From Spirochaetia bacterium (GTDB lineage Bacteria > Spirochaetota > Spirochaetia > SZUA-6 > Bin103), in contig CBDBDQ010000005.1 of NCBI GenBank assembly GCA_965203905.1, positions 2,688,001 through 2,752,000 of the forward strand: a stretch of DNA of 64,000 nucleotides. The letters run 5' to 3'. The notes under the pieces were generated by a model. That model did not search any database and was not told the DNA's origin. It saw nothing but the letters and a program-made list of their open reading frames with translations. Positions 7,692 to 18,713 of the stretch are shown here, piece after piece. Every line of letters begins with the position of its first letter. The stretch's first letter is position 1. The position numbers and the translations under genes are program-made.

Positions 7692-8864
7692 TCAGTTGTG
7701 CTTGGGTAGCTCATAGGTGAGCATCTTCTGCTCGTCCAGGGTCACGCCGAGGCCGGGGCCGAGGGGGACGGTGAGGTAGCCGTCGCTGATGGGCGGCGCC
7801 AGGTCGGTTGCCTGCGGGCCGGTGAGCAGCAGGTCGTGCAGCATCAGTTCGGTGAACTCGACGCCGTCGCGGAGGGGGCGGGTGGCGGCTGCGAGATGCA
7901 GCTTGGCGGCGACCTTGATGCCCAGGCCCCAGGCGGTGCCGATCACGCACTCCAGGCCGGCGGCCTCGGCCACGGCCGCGATCTTCTTCGACTGGTACAG
8001 GCCGCCCGCCTTGCCGATCTTGATGTTGATCACGTCCGCCGCCTGGTGGCGGGCGATCTGCACCACGTCGTGGGGCGTGTACGCCGCCTCGTCGGCCTCG
8101 ATCAGCACGTCCACCGCGGCGCGCACCTGGGCCATGCCGGCGAGGTCCCACTTGGGGACCGGCTGCTCCAGCAGTTCCAGGCCCACGTCGCGGCGCTCGC
8201 ACAGGCGGCACAGGCGGATCGCCTCCTTCGGCGTGTAGCCCTGGTTGGCGTCGGCGCGCAGCATGATCTCCGGTCCCACCGCGGCGCGAATCGCGGCCAG
8301 CCGCTCCGCGTCCTCTTCCGGAATCCCCCCGACCTTGGCCTTGAAGCCGCGCACACCCTGCTCGACCCACTCGACGCACTGCCGCGCCATGCCGTCGGGA
8401 GTGCCGCCGGCCACCTCCATCACCGCGAGCACTTGCCGCCGCTGGCTGCCGCCGATCAGGTTGCACACGGGAACGCCCAGGGCCTTGCCGAGCAGGTCGT
8501 GCAGGGCCAGGTCGATCCCGGACTTGGCGCAGGAGTTGCCGGGGAAGTCGATCTCGTACAGCAGTTGCTCGCGGTCGAACGGATCCTTGCCCAGCAGCTT
8601 GGGACCGAGGTACAGGTCGATGGCGCTCTGCACCTCCTCCAGCGGCTCTCCGAAGAAGCCGATGTCGGTGCACGCCTCGCCGACTCCGGTGATGCCGCTG
8701 TCGCTGTCGATCTCGACGATCACGTACTCCAGCGACGGCTCCGGCCGATGCGGCGTGAGCCGCGTCATGCCCCACTCCCGCTTGGTGCCGCCTCGCTCGG
8801 TTGAGTAGGGCACCGGTGCCAGCGGCAACGACACCGCCCGCGTGCGAACCTCGTTGATCAACAT
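7692..8864 (-). CDS. Mandelate racemase/muconate lactonizing enzyme family protein (MLE subgroup)
   Basis: GITGVGE, DLALHDL, KAK, DANQG, EQP, ADE, NIKIGKAGG, GPGLG. Confidence 0.88.
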   Translation of the reverse strand: MLINEVRTRAVSLPLAPVPYSTERGGTKREWGMTRLTPHRPEPSLEYVIVEIDSDSGITGVGEACTDIGFFGEPLEEVQSAIDLYLGPKLLGKDPFDREQLLYEIDFPGNSCAKSGIDLALHDLLGKALGVPVCNLIGGSQRRQVLAVMEVAGGTPDGMARQCVEWVEQGVRGFKAKVGGIPEEDAERLAAIRAAVGPEIMLRADANQGYTPKEAIRLCRLCERRDVGLELLEQPVPKWDLAGMAQVRAAVDVLIEADEAAYTPHDVVQIARHQAADVINIKIGKAGGLYQSKKIAAVAEAAGLECVIGTAWGLGIKVAAKLHLAAATRPLRDGVEFTELMLHDLLLTGPQATDLAPPISDGYLTVPLGPGLGVTLDEQKMLTYELPKHN

Positions 8865-8962
8865 CGTACTCTTCCTTGGACCTTGGCTGTCTCCAAGAGA
8901 AAACGGCTCACTTACCGTTCAGCCGCATAGTCGCAGTGCAATCCATCGGTATCAACGCAGCG

Positions 8963-9493
8963 TCAGAGGAGAATCGACGATGCGTCGAGTTCCTTGAGTG
9001 CCTCTGTCGCGAGCTCCACAGACACGTGGGGTTTCAGCTCATTGATGCGTTTCGCTCGCACTTCGATCGACTCTTCGCCGTGTCGTTCGGTAACGTACAT
9101 TGCCGTAGATAATCTCTCTAGTTCCGCCGCGCCCCGCCTTCCTACAAAACGAACGATGCGTGCAACGTCCTTCGAGTGGCGGCAAATCGCTTCACGGTTG
9201 TGAGCCACATGTATTGACATGGACGTGGTAGCTGTCAGCCGCGGACCGTACGGCGGACGTGATGGCTCTTGTTTCAACATACGGCGTCCCAAAAGCCTCG
9301 ATATATCCAGATTGAGGTCAAACGAGTAGGGGCCATGTTTGTAGAGTACGAACGAATAACCCAAATCTACCTGACCAGCGGTCTGTAGGAAATAGACGGT
9401 CTTCTGAACGTGAGTCTCGCCACACCAGTTGTCTACAGCCCTCAACTGCGACACCAAATCCACAAGAATCGCTAGATTTACGCTTGCACCCAA
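8963..9493 (-). CDS. YwgA/Panacea-like winged-helix hypothetical protein
   Basis: GETHVQKTVYFLQ and YSFVLYKHGPYSFDL, LERLSTAMY; lower GC than flanks; TTG start after GGAG. Confidence 0.6.
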   Translation of the reverse strand: MGASVNLAILVDLVSQLRAVDNWCGETHVQKTVYFLQTAGQVDLGYSFVLYKHGPYSFDLNLDISRLLGRRMLKQEPSRPPYGPRLTATTSMSIHVAHNREAICRHSKDVARIVRFVGRRGAAELERLSTAMYVTERHGEESIEVRAKRINELKPHVSVELATEALKELDASSILL

Positions 9494-9521
9494 AACTGTA
9501 CTCCCTTCACCACAATAGCGC

Positions 9522-10514
9522 CTATCCTCGATGATGGCATGCCAGCAGGTGGCGTGGCGCCACCTCGCGCAGCGGGGGCTCCTCGGCTGCGCACTGCTCG
9601 TCGGCCAGGGGGCAGCGCGTGCGGAACCGGCACCCGCTCGGGGGGGCGAGCGGACTCGGCACGTCGCCTGCCAGCACGGTGCGCTGCCGGCGTGCTTTTG
9701 GATCGGGCACCGGGACCGCGGACAGCAACGCCTCGCTGTACGGATGCAGGGTGCGCGCGAAGAAGCGGTCGGTGGGCGCGGATTCGACGATCTTGCCGAG
9801 GTACATCACCGCGATCGCGTCGCTGACGTGCTCGATCACCGACAGGTCGTGGGCCACGAACAGGGAGGTGAGCTCCAGCTCCTCCTGCAGGTCGAGCAGC
9901 AGGTTGAGGATCTGCGACCGGATCGACACGTCGAGCGCCGAGACCGGCTCGTCGCACACGATCAGGCGCGGTTCGAGCGCGATCGCGCGGGCGATGCCCA
10001 GGCGCTGACGCTGGCCGCCCGACAGCTCGTGGGGATAGCGGTCGGCGAAGTCGGGGGACAGGTTGACCCGGTTGAGGATCGCGACTACCCGCTCCCGCAG
10101 TTCCGCCCGCGTGCACAGGCCGTGCACCAGCAGCGGCTCCCCCAGGATGCGGCGCGCGGTGTGGTGCGGGTTGAGCGATGAGTAGGGGTCCTGGAAGATC
10201 ATCTGGGCCGCGGTCCGGAAACGGCGCAGTGCGGCGCCGGTGAGACCGGAGGTGTCGCGACCGTCGAGGAGCACCTGCCCGGCGTCGGGCTGCTCCAGGT
10301 GCACGATCAGGCGCGCGGTGGTGGTCTTGCCGCAGCCCGACTCGCCGACCAGCCCCAGCGTGCTGCCGCGGCCGATGGCGAAGCTCACGCCGTCCACCGC
10401 CTGCACGTGGCCAACCGTGCGCAGGAAGATGCCCTTGCGGACCGGGAAATACTTGCGCAGGTCGCGCACGGCGAGGAATTCCGCGCCCCGCGGCGCGCCG
10501 GCGGGGTCGCTCAC
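9522..10514 (-). CDS. Oligopeptide/dipeptide ABC transporter ATP-binding protein (OppF-like)
   Basis: [26 protein letters not shown]-terminal GCRFRTRCP; GTG start overlaps upstream stop. Confidence 0.93.
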   Translation of the reverse strand: MSDPAGAPRGAEFLAVRDLRKYFPVRKGIFLRTVGHVQAVDGVSFAIGRGSTLGLVGESGCGKTTTARLIVHLEQPDAGQVLLDGRDTSGLTGAALRRFRTAAQMIFQDPYSSLNPHHTARRILGEPLLVHGLCTRAELRERVVAILNRVNLSPDFADRYPHELSGGQRQRLGIARAIALEPRLIVCDEPVSALDVSIRSQILNLLLDLQEELELTSLFVAHDLSVIEHVSDAIAVMYLGKIVESAPTDRFFARTLHPYSEALLSAVPVPDPKARRQRTVLAGDVPSPLAPPSGCRFRTRCPLADEQCAAEEPPLREVAPRHLLACHHRG

Positions 10515-11524
10515 GCGGTGTGCTCCTCGGCCGGGATTTCGTCGACCCGGCGGCAGCGCACCAGGTGGCCGCCGCCCACCGGCTCCAGGGGCGGCTCGCT
10601 GCCCAGGCACAGGTCGGCGACCGCGTGCGGGCAGCGGGCGAAGAACTTGCAGCCCGGTTCCAGGTCGAGCAGGTCCGGCACCACGCCGGGAACCGTGAAC
10701 AGGCGGCTCTTGCGGGCGTCGCGCCCGCGCTGCGGCAGCGACCGCAACAGCCCCTGCGTATACGGATGGCCGGGGCGCGCGAACAGGTCGTCCACGCCGG
10801 CGTACTCCACCACGCTGCCGGCGTACATCACCGCCACCCGCGCCGCGGTCTCCGCCACCACCCCCAGGTCGTGGGTGATCAGCATCACCGCCATCCCGAT
10901 GCGGCGCTGCAACTCCTGAAACAGTTCCAGCACCTGCGCCTGAATCGTGACGTCGAGGGCGGTGGTGGGCTCGTCGGCGATCAGCAGCCGAGTCTCCCCG
11001 CCGGCCAGGGCGATGGCGATCATCACCCGCTGGCGCATGCCGCCCGAGAGCTGGTGCGGATAGCTCGCCACCCGCTGCTCGGGCGACGGGATGCCGACCA
11101 GGCGCAGCAGCTCCACCACCCGCTCCCGGCGTTCGCCGCGGCTCAGGTCGCGGCGGTGGGCGACCAGCACCTCGCCGATCTGGTTGCCGATCCGGTAGGC
11201 GGGATTGAGGCTGGTCATCGGTTCCTGGAACACCATGGTGATCTGGCTCCCGCGCACCTGCCGCATCTCCTCCTCCGAGAGCGCCAGCAGGTCGCGTCCC
11301 TCCAGCAGCACCTCGCCGGCCACGATCGCTCCCGGGTACGGCACCAGGCGCAGGATGCTGCGCGCGGTCATGGTCTTGCCGCAGCCCGATTCGCCGACCA
11401 CGCCGAGCACGTCGCGGCGCTCCACCGCCAGGTCCACGCCGTCCACCGCCCGCAGCACGCCGCGCTCGGTGCTGAAGTGGGTGTGCAGACCGCGAATCTC
11501 CAGCAGGTGGGCGGCATCAGCCAT
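10511..11524 (-). CDS. Oligopeptide/dipeptide ABC transporter ATP-binding protein (OppD-like)
   Basis: [41 protein letters not shown]. Confidence 0.93.
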   Translation of the reverse strand: MADAAHLLEIRGLHTHFSTERGVLRAVDGVDLAVERRDVLGVVGESGCGKTMTARSILRLVPYPGAIVAGEVLLEGRDLLALSEEEMRQVRGSQITMVFQEPMTSLNPAYRIGNQIGEVLVAHRRDLSRGERRERVVELLRLVGIPSPEQRVASYPHQLSGGMRQRVMIAIALAGGETRLLIADEPTTALDVTIQAQVLELFQELQRRIGMAVMLITHDLGVVAETAARVAVMYAGSVVEYAGVDDLFARPGHPYTQGLLRSLPQRGRDARKSRLFTVPGVVPDLLDLEPGCKFFARCPHAVADLCLGSEPPLEPVGGGHLVRCRRVDEIPAEEHTA

Positions 11525-12425
11525 GGCGTGCCCCCGCGCGCGCCCGCCGCAGCCTGGGGTCGAAGCGGTCACGCAGCCCGTCCCCGATCAGGTTCATCCC
11601 CATCACCGCCAGGGTGATCATGGCGCCGGGAATGATCATCAGCCACGGCGCCGTGCGCACGAACTCCCGGGCGTCGCTGAGGATGTTGCCCCAGCTCGGT
11701 GCCGGCGGCGGCGTGCCGATGCCGAGGAAGCTCAGCCCCGCCTCGGCCAGGATCGCGTCGGCGAAACCCAGCGACACCTGCACCGCGGCCGGGGCGTAGG
11801 CGTTCGGCAGAATGTGCCCCACCAGGATGCGCAGGTTGGGGATGCCGGACACGCGCGCGGCGTCGATGTAGTCCATCTCCTTCACTTCCAGCACCGAGGC
11901 GCGGACCACGCGCACGATGCGCGGCGCGTTGATGATGGTGAAGGCGATCACCACGTTGAACTCGGCCGGGCCGAGCGCCGCCATCAGCATGATGCCGAGC
12001 ACCAGCCCCGGGAACATCACCACGCCGTCCACCACCCGGCTGATGAGCTGGTCCGCCACCCGGTAGAAGCCGGCCAGCAGGCCCAGCACGCCGCCGGCCA
12101 GCGCCGCGAACAGCGTCGCCAGGCCCCCCACGCGCAGCGAGATGCGGGAGCCGTGGATCACCCGCGTCAGCACGTCGCGGCCCAGCTCGTCGGTGCCGAA
12201 CGGATGCGCCGGGCTCATCGGCAACAGCTTCTGCGGGGTGTCGATGGCGACCGGGTCGTAGGAGGTAAGGTGGGGGGCCGCCAGCGCCATGACGCAGATC
12301 GGCAGCATGATGACGACGCCGATCACCAGCAGGCGATTGCCCAGCAGGTGGCGAAGCTGCCGGCGCCAGCCGCGGAGCGGCACGGGCGACCGAGCGGCGG
12401 GCACCCGCGTGGCGGTGCTACGCAT
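11517..12425 (-). CDS. Peptide/nickel ABC permease (OppC/DppC-like)
   Basis: HPFGTDELGRD, YIDAARVSG, HILPN, LSFLGIG, GDGLRDRFDPR. Confidence 0.92.
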   Translation of the reverse strand: MRSTATRVPAARSPVPLRGWRRQLRHLLGNRLLVIGVVIMLPICVMALAAPHLTSYDPVAIDTPQKLLPMSPAHPFGTDELGRDVLTRVIHGSRISLRVGGLATLFAALAGGVLGLLAGFYRVADQLISRVVDGVVMFPGLVLGIMLMAALGPAEFNVVIAFTIINAPRIVRVVRASVLEVKEMDYIDAARVSGIPNLRILVGHILPNAYAPAAVQVSLGFADAILAEAGLSFLGIGTPPPAPSWGNILSDAREFVRTAPWLMIIPGAMITLAVMGMNLIGDGLRDRFDPRLRRARAGARHG

Positions 12426-13365
12426 AGCGGACCCGCGGGTTGATCAGGCTGTAGGAGATGTCGACCAGCAGGTTCACCGCCAGGGCCACCAGCGTGAGGT
12501 ACGCCATGCCGCCCTCCAGGGTGGGGTAGTCGCGGCGCACCGCGGCATTGGTGATCAGCCGCCCCAGGCCGGGGATCGCGAATACCTCCTCGATGATCAC
12601 CGAGCCGCCGAGGGTGAGCGCGAACACCAGCCCGACCACCGTGGTGATCGACATCAGTCCGTTGCGCAGCGCGTGCTTGTAGATCACCTTGCCCTCGGCC
12701 AGGCCCTTGGCGCGGGCGGCGACGATGTACTCCTGGCCCAGCACTTCCAGCATGCTGGTGCGGGTGATGCGCATCAGCAGCGCCAACTGGCTCAGGCTCA
12801 AGGCCAGCACCGGCAGCACCAGGCGGCGCAGCCACTCCCAGAACCCGAACGACAGGTCGCGGTAGCCGGCGACCGGAAACCAGCCCAGCGTGACCGCGAA
12901 CAGCAGGATGAACAGGAACCCCAGCCAGAACGACGGCACCGAGACGCCGAAGATGGAGAGCACCATGCTGGCGTGGTCCAGGGCCGAGTCGCGGCGGGTA
13001 GCGGCCAGCACCCCCAGGGGAACGGCCAGCAGCACCGTCAGCAGTGTCGACAGCCCGGCAATGCTCATCGTCACGGGAAACCGCTCCGCGATCACGACGG
13101 CCACCGGCTTCTCGAAAAAAATCGATTGGCCGAAGTTGCCGCTCAAGGCCTTGGGCAGCCAGGTCAGGTACTGGATCAGGATCGGCCGGTCCAGCCCCAG
13201 CTCGCGCGCCACCGCATCGACCTGCTCGGCCGACACCGACTGGTGGCCGAGCAGCGCCCATACCGGGTTGCCGGGCACCAGCCGGGTGAGGATGAAGATC
13301 AGCGTGACGGCGACGAAGACGGTCGGGATGAAGGCCAGCAGCCGCCGCCCGATGTAGCCCCACAT
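12418..13365 (-). CDS. Peptide/nickel ABC permease (OppB/DppB-like)
   Basis: LGLDRP, PSFWLG, ARAKGL, KHALRN, RRDYP, INPRVRY. Confidence 0.92.
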   Translation of the reverse strand: MWGYIGRRLLAFIPTVFVAVTLIFILTRLVPGNPVWALLGHQSVSAEQVDAVARELGLDRPILIQYLTWLPKALSGNFGQSIFFEKPVAVVIAERFPVTMSIAGLSTLLTVLLAVPLGVLAATRRDSALDHASMVLSIFGVSVPSFWLGFLFILLFAVTLGWFPVAGYRDLSFGFWEWLRRLVLPVLALSLSQLALLMRITRTSMLEVLGQEYIVAARAKGLAEGKVIYKHALRNGLMSITTVVGLVFALTLGGSVIIEEVFAIPGLGRLITNAAVRRDYPTLEGGMAYLTLVALAVNLLVDISYSLINPRVRYA

Positions 13366-13501
13366 GCGCCGTTACCCTGGCGCGTGGTGATGCCGGCCCG
13401 CGGCGGGGCCGTGGCGGGTTCCGATGCGCTTGCTGGTGGGGGTGGAAGCACGCGGCCGGCAGGCCGCGGGAGGCGGCGTGCCGGCTCGCGGCGGAGGTCT
13501 C

Positions 13502-15088
13502 CTATTCGTCAAGCCACACGTGGTGCAACGTGGGGTTGCCCAGAGCCAGGTAGCCCTCCGGGTCGCGCACCGTGTCGCGGCGGGCGAACAGGCGGTACTG
13601 GTAGCCGAGGTTGATGGTGGCCACCTTGTTGTAGAACTCGCACTGCAACGCCTCGCCGAGGGCGTAGCGCTTGTCGAAGTCGGTCTCGGCGGCCAACCCG
13701 CGGAACACCTCTTCGGTCTCGTCGTGGTAGTAGCCCACCTCCGGCGACGGGAAGGTGCCGTTGAACTCCGGGTGGTACAGCGAGGGATCGATCCAGTACC
13801 CGGCCGAGGTGTAGATGTTGAGCCCGTTGGGATCGCGGCGCTTGGCCACCCAGGTCTGCACGTCGTACTGCACCATCTCCGCATTGATGCCGATCGACTG
13901 CAACTGCTCGGCAACGGAGAGCCCGGTGCGCACGTGGCTGGGCGAGCTGGCGATGGTCTGCACGATCACCTTCTCGCCGGCGTAGTCGGACGCGGCCAGG
14001 TACTCGCGGGCCTTGTCGGCGTCCACCTGGTTGTAGAGCTCGGCGCAGGCGTCGTTGTTGTAGGCGCTCTCCGGCGGATAGAAGCTGGGGTTGACGGTGG
14101 CGAACGCGGGGTCGGCCACCGCGGCGTCGACCACCTTCTGCGCATCGACGATTGTCTGCACCGCGCGGCGGAAGTTGATGTCGGCGGTGGGACCGTGCTG
14201 GTGGTTGAACATCATGTACAGCAGGGCGCCGGGGCCGTTCTTTACGGGCACCACGCCGGCGGTCTCCTCCAGGCGCTGGAACTCGGCATCCGGCACGGCC
14301 GTGATGATGTCGTACTCGCCCGATTCCAGGCCGGCGACGCGGGTCGAGGCCTCGGGCACGATCCAGAACAGGAGCTCGTCGGGGTAGGCCACCTTGTTGC
14401 CGGTCTGATAGTTGGGTGCATCGCTGCGCGCCGCGTAGTCGGCGAACCGCTCCAGCCGCACGAACTGATCCTCGCGGTACTCGACGAAGCTATAGGGACC
14501 GGTGCCGACCACCTCGCTCAGGGTGCCGGCCTCCGGCGACGCCTCGGCCACCTCCTTGGGCATGATCACGGCCTTGTTCTCGTCCGAGCCCATCAGCATC
14601 AGCAGGAAGCGGCCCTTGGGGCTCGAGAAGTGCAGCGCCAGGGTGTGGTCATCGATGATCTCGAACCGCTCCAGCTCGTCCAGTGCCGGTCCCTTGGGGC
14701 CGACCCGGCGCCAGCGCTCCAGCGAAGCGACCACGTCCTCGGCAGTCAGCTCGTCGCCGTTATGAAACATCACCCCGGATCGCAGCCGGACGGTCCACAC
14801 CGTGCCGTCGGCGTTGGCCTCCCACGACTCGGCGAGCTCGGGGGCGGCGTCGAACTCCTTGGTGAATCCGAACAGGCCCTCGAACACGTGCCCCATGATG
14901 TGCGGCAACGGGTGCGAGACCGTGGACTGCCAGTCCAACGTGTGCGGCGCAATGTGGATCGCCACGTCCAGCGTGCCGCCGTACTTCGAGTCTTCAGCCC
15001 CGGCGTCGCCGCTTTCCCCCGCGGGGCTGGCCCAGACGCCGGCAACCGCCAGCAGCCCGGCCACGAATCCTGCAAACAGTCTTGTCAT
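13502..15088 (-). CDS. Family 5 ABC substrate-binding protein
   Basis: Signal peptide MTRLFAG...VWA; YGGTL, PELAESW, FHNGDELTAEDV, GTGPY; SD upstream of ATG 15088. Confidence 0.9.
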   Translation of the reverse strand: MTRLFAGFVAGLLAVAGVWASPAGESGDAGAEDSKYGGTLDVAIHIAPHTLDWQSTVSHPLPHIMGHVFEGLFGFTKEFDAAPELAESWEANADGTVWTVRLRSGVMFHNGDELTAEDVVASLERWRRVGPKGPALDELERFEIIDDHTLALHFSSPKGRFLLMLMGSDENKAVIMPKEVAEASPEAGTLSEVVGTGPYSFVEYREDQFVRLERFADYAARSDAPNYQTGNKVAYPDELLFWIVPEASTRVAGLESGEYDIITAVPDAEFQRLEETAGVVPVKNGPGALLYMMFNHQHGPTADINFRRAVQTIVDAQKVVDAAVADPAFATVNPSFYPPESAYNNDACAELYNQVDADKAREYLAASDYAGEKVIVQTIASSPSHVRTGLSVAEQLQSIGINAEMVQYDVQTWVAKRRDPNGLNIYTSAGYWIDPSLYHPEFNGTFPSPEVGYYHDETEEVFRGLAAETDFDKRYALGEALQCEFYNKVATINLGYQYRLFARRDTVRDPEGYLALGNPTLHHVWLDE

Positions 15089-15234
15089 GATCTCTCTCCT
15101 TCCCTCCTTCGGAGAATAGACCACGCTATCCCGGACGCCGGCGGCTGTCAAATCGGATTCCGCGCTCTCTGCCCCGCGCGCGGCACGTCGTACTACCGTC
15201 TCGCGGCACACGCCACTCGGCGTGCGGATGGGCG

Positions 15235-18200
15235 TCACCGCAACAGGAGAGCGTGTTCCTCCTCACGACGCAACACAGACGCGGCCCTACTTGCCCACGA
15301 GCAAAGACCCGGCAAGACGGTGCGCTTGGCAATTCGAGAGAAGTTGTTCGCCAGTTCACGATGATGGAGTGACCCAGGACCTGCGAATGTACCTGAAACG
15401 TGATGGCTAAAGAATGCATCGCTCACCGTTTCGTCGTCGCCATACTGTGCGATAATGTGCGCGGCCAAGCTATCATCGTGCAGTGATTGCTTGTTCGTCA
15501 GAGAGGCCAGTAACGCCGCCCGTTGTGCTGCATGCTCAGAAGTAGATTCCGCGATCCACTCCAGGACATCCTGCATCGGCAGACGTTCCAGCACTTTGGT
15601 AGGAAAACCAATGACGTACAACATGGCCTCTCTCGGCGGCCACAAGTGGCGGCGAAGCTCTCTCCACACTTCGCCGGGAGCGTGATCGACACAAGAAAGC
15701 AGCACCTTGACCACCTCCTTCTCGTATCGCAGCATCCAACGGTCAGTTCGATCACGTTTGGCGTGCGCCCGGAAAATGGCTGCGGATATCTCTCGCGGGT
15801 GGTCCGACACCAGGATCGTGGCCAGCCTGTACCAGTAGTGATTGGGCATTTCTTGGCATCGGATCAGATTCAGGTCCACTACCAGCTCCATGGCAAGGGA
15901 CTGCCACCGGGACGCATCGGAAGTTGGAGATTTCATCCGCCGTTGCAGGATGTACACCGCGGTCTCTCGATGTTCGGTTTCCATCATTGCCTGCACCAGT
16001 AGTTCCAGCGCCCCATCTGAGGTATCAGTCCAGTCCGCGTATTTGAGTCGTCCGGCTATTGCGCGGCCAACATGCCGCCCACGAACCAACTGCGCTGCCA
16101 TGCTGGTCAGTTTGTCGGTCGCTCCACAGCGTGACAGGATCTCAAACAGCAGCGCAATCGGCTGCGCCTCGCGCTCGAACTGGGCGGTGGTCCACCGTTC
16201 GTACCACTCGTCGCCGAGCACCCTGCGGCGTGCGGCGACATAGCCACAAACGACGCGATGGTCGGGGCCGCCGGGTAGTCCTGGCAGTTCATCGCCCAAC
16301 CGTCCACTTGGATCGGCCGCGGCAACTGCTTCGCCGAGTTCCCAAGCCGCGCCTGCCTGCCCGGACGTCAACCAGGACCACTGCTTGGCAAGCACTTCTG
16401 GCGCCGTGACCAGGTCTGCCGCCAGTGAAGCAAAATCCGGCGCTGCTTCCCGTTCCCATTGGTGTGGTCCGACGTACTGCTGCAGCCGACCTTCCAGGGA
16501 TGGATCCTCGAACCGCGCATGCAATTCGTCCAGGACTTTCCGTTGCTCCGGTGGCAGGCGTTCCTTGTCGTGGCGCAGCACTGTCGCAATCTGCTTTCGC
16601 AGCGGCTCACGCAGACCGGAGTACGCTGTGCGCAACTCGATGAAGAGCGTCGCCACGCTGCTGCCCGCATCACGGTAGCGGAGCAGCCACGCCACCTCCT
16701 TCGCGGCCGCGAACAGGTCGGCTTGCAGTTCAGGATCGCGTTCCGTGGCAAATGACCGCAAACGATCGAGCCCCGCGGTGATGCACTCCAGAAGCTCGGT
16801 CTGGGACGACGGCTCCCAGTCCGGCTCAGGAGCCTGGTCCGACGATGGCATCACCACGCCACCGGCCGAGTCGTTCCCCACTTGGCCTAACGCGCCCACG
16901 ACGAGCTTGGTCATTCTTGTGCGTCGGAGCCTGATCAGGTCGTCAAGAACGACCAGCCGCTGCGGATAGGGCAGTGCCGTTGCGCCCAAAGATACGTGAT
17001 ACTTGGCGAAGAACTCGCGAGAGGCGCCGTTCCCCCAGGTATCGTTCTCGGGCTCGGCCAGCAACGCGAGCGCCGTGGCCGCGTCGTGAAACCCCGGTGA
17101 TCTGGAGGCGATGCGAGCCAATCTCCACACCAGCTCTGAGACAGCCTGGAATGTGATTCTCCTTCGATCATCGACTCTCGATGCGGCAAGAGCCTGGCAC
17201 AGGCCGCGAGCTGCAAGTTCGGGATCGGCGGTTGAGAGCGCCGACCAACGGCGAGCGCCATGAACGTCTATGAAGTCATCGATCCGAAAAAAAAAGTCGC
17301 GCAACTTGTCGCGCGAAAACTCCCTTGCGTGTGGGTGGCTGGCGATCGACGCCAACCTCTTGTAGTAAGCTTCTTTGGCAGACTCCGACGGCAATAATTC
17401 GGGCAGCGACTTCAGCAGATCCGGGTAAGTCTCCCACGCATCGTGAGCCAGGTATATCGCCAGTGGCTCAGGTGAGATATAGCGGTACCGTCCGCCACGC
17501 GGGACGATACCCATGCTTCGATGGTAACCGTCCACCTGATCGCGCACGTCGTTCCAATCGAGGCCCAGGTGTTCGGCGATTGCCCTTCCTTCCTGTTGCT
17601 TGTCATCGGTCCAGCCAACGTGTGTGAGTACGGCGACGACGTAGAGCGCGCGCCGGTTGCCTCCCCCCAACAAGCTGTCGAGGATGCGGCGAATCTCGCG
17701 CCGGGCGAGCAGATCCGGCAAGGTCGCGGAAGGCTCCTTGGCCACGGCGTCGGCGGTGAGTCGCCCAAGTTTCATGTAGCCGGCGGCAAACTCGGTCACG
17801 AAGTCAACATGTTCCCAAGGCATGTCGGGATACCAGTCGCTGACCGCCGTCCGCATGGCCGCTGGCGCAAGCGGCTCGATGCAGGTGAAGGACGTTGCCT
17901 GAATCGCTGTCATCTTCAAAGTCGATCTGCGATCGTGCCAGGGACAGATCGGACGCGACTCTCGCAGATGCCTGATATGGTATCCGGTGTTCTTCGCTGT
18001 GTTCCCATCGTTCAACCGTCCACAGCCCCGCGGGGGCGGCAGTCAGTCGTGCTGCAACGGCGGGATGCTGATTGCACCACGCGGCGAGTTGCTCACTGCC
18101 GTACACCTCGATGTTGTCGGTAGGCAGTCCGGCTCTTTGCGCGCTTTGGACCAGTTTCTCACGCCGTTCTTCTACACCACTGCGCCCGCTTGTCGAACCG

Positions 18201-18550
18201 TTCGCAACCAGTACGAATCGCCCGCCCTGCTGAAGGGTGCGGTACGGGATCGGTTTCACAACCTCGTCTGCTATTTGCGCCGGCTCGCCCTTTCTCCCAG
18301 CCTTGAACTGCCAGCAGGTTCTAGTCTCGCCGAGCCAGCGATCCGCCTTCGCCGGACGCGCGGTCCAACCGTCGCAGCCCTGGTCCCGCGCGTCGACCTC
18401 CGCGTTGGCATATGCGTCTCCGCAATCGCAACGGTAGGCCTGCGCGGGGAGCAAGTGACCCATCAACTCGTTGAGCCCAACATCATCCAGACGCCTGACG
18501 AGACTGGACGACACTTGCAGTGCGTTGCGGAAGATTGCTGACTGGCTCAC
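15235..18550 (-). pseudogene. Decayed nuclease-STAND NTPase-helical repeat protein (Avs4-like), frameshifted, P-loop region missing
   Basis: Frame 1 (18550-~17880): DQGCDG...CWQFKAG PD-(D/E)XK-like domain ending VLHLH. Frame 2 (~17880-15235): IEPL...FAAGYMKLGRL then a ~870 aa alpha-helical tail. No Walker A in either frame. Confidence 0.65.
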
Positions 18551-18609
18551 CGACGTCAATGATAACACAAGCGGCAACGGGCCGCTCCCAGTCTTCGGGC
18601 GACGATCGG

Positions 18610-18638
18610 TTGACAGCGGTGCGCGGGGGCTGCACTCT
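18610..18638 (+). promoter_or_regulatory. Possible sigma70 promoter of the PhyH gene
   Basis: TTGACA(18610-18615)-N17-CACTCT; weak -10. Confidence 0.35.
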
Positions 18639-18713
18639 CGCGGAGGCGGGTGTCGTTACCCGAAGGGGGCTGAACTGAGTGCGAGCGCGCCGGCGAGCGC
18701 CGGAACGGTACAA

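Noticed and set aside
17804-18015. Programmed frameshift joining the two halves of the STAND-like gene
   Set aside because: No slippery heptamer at the junction, and the NTPase domain would still be missing; a deletion explains it better.
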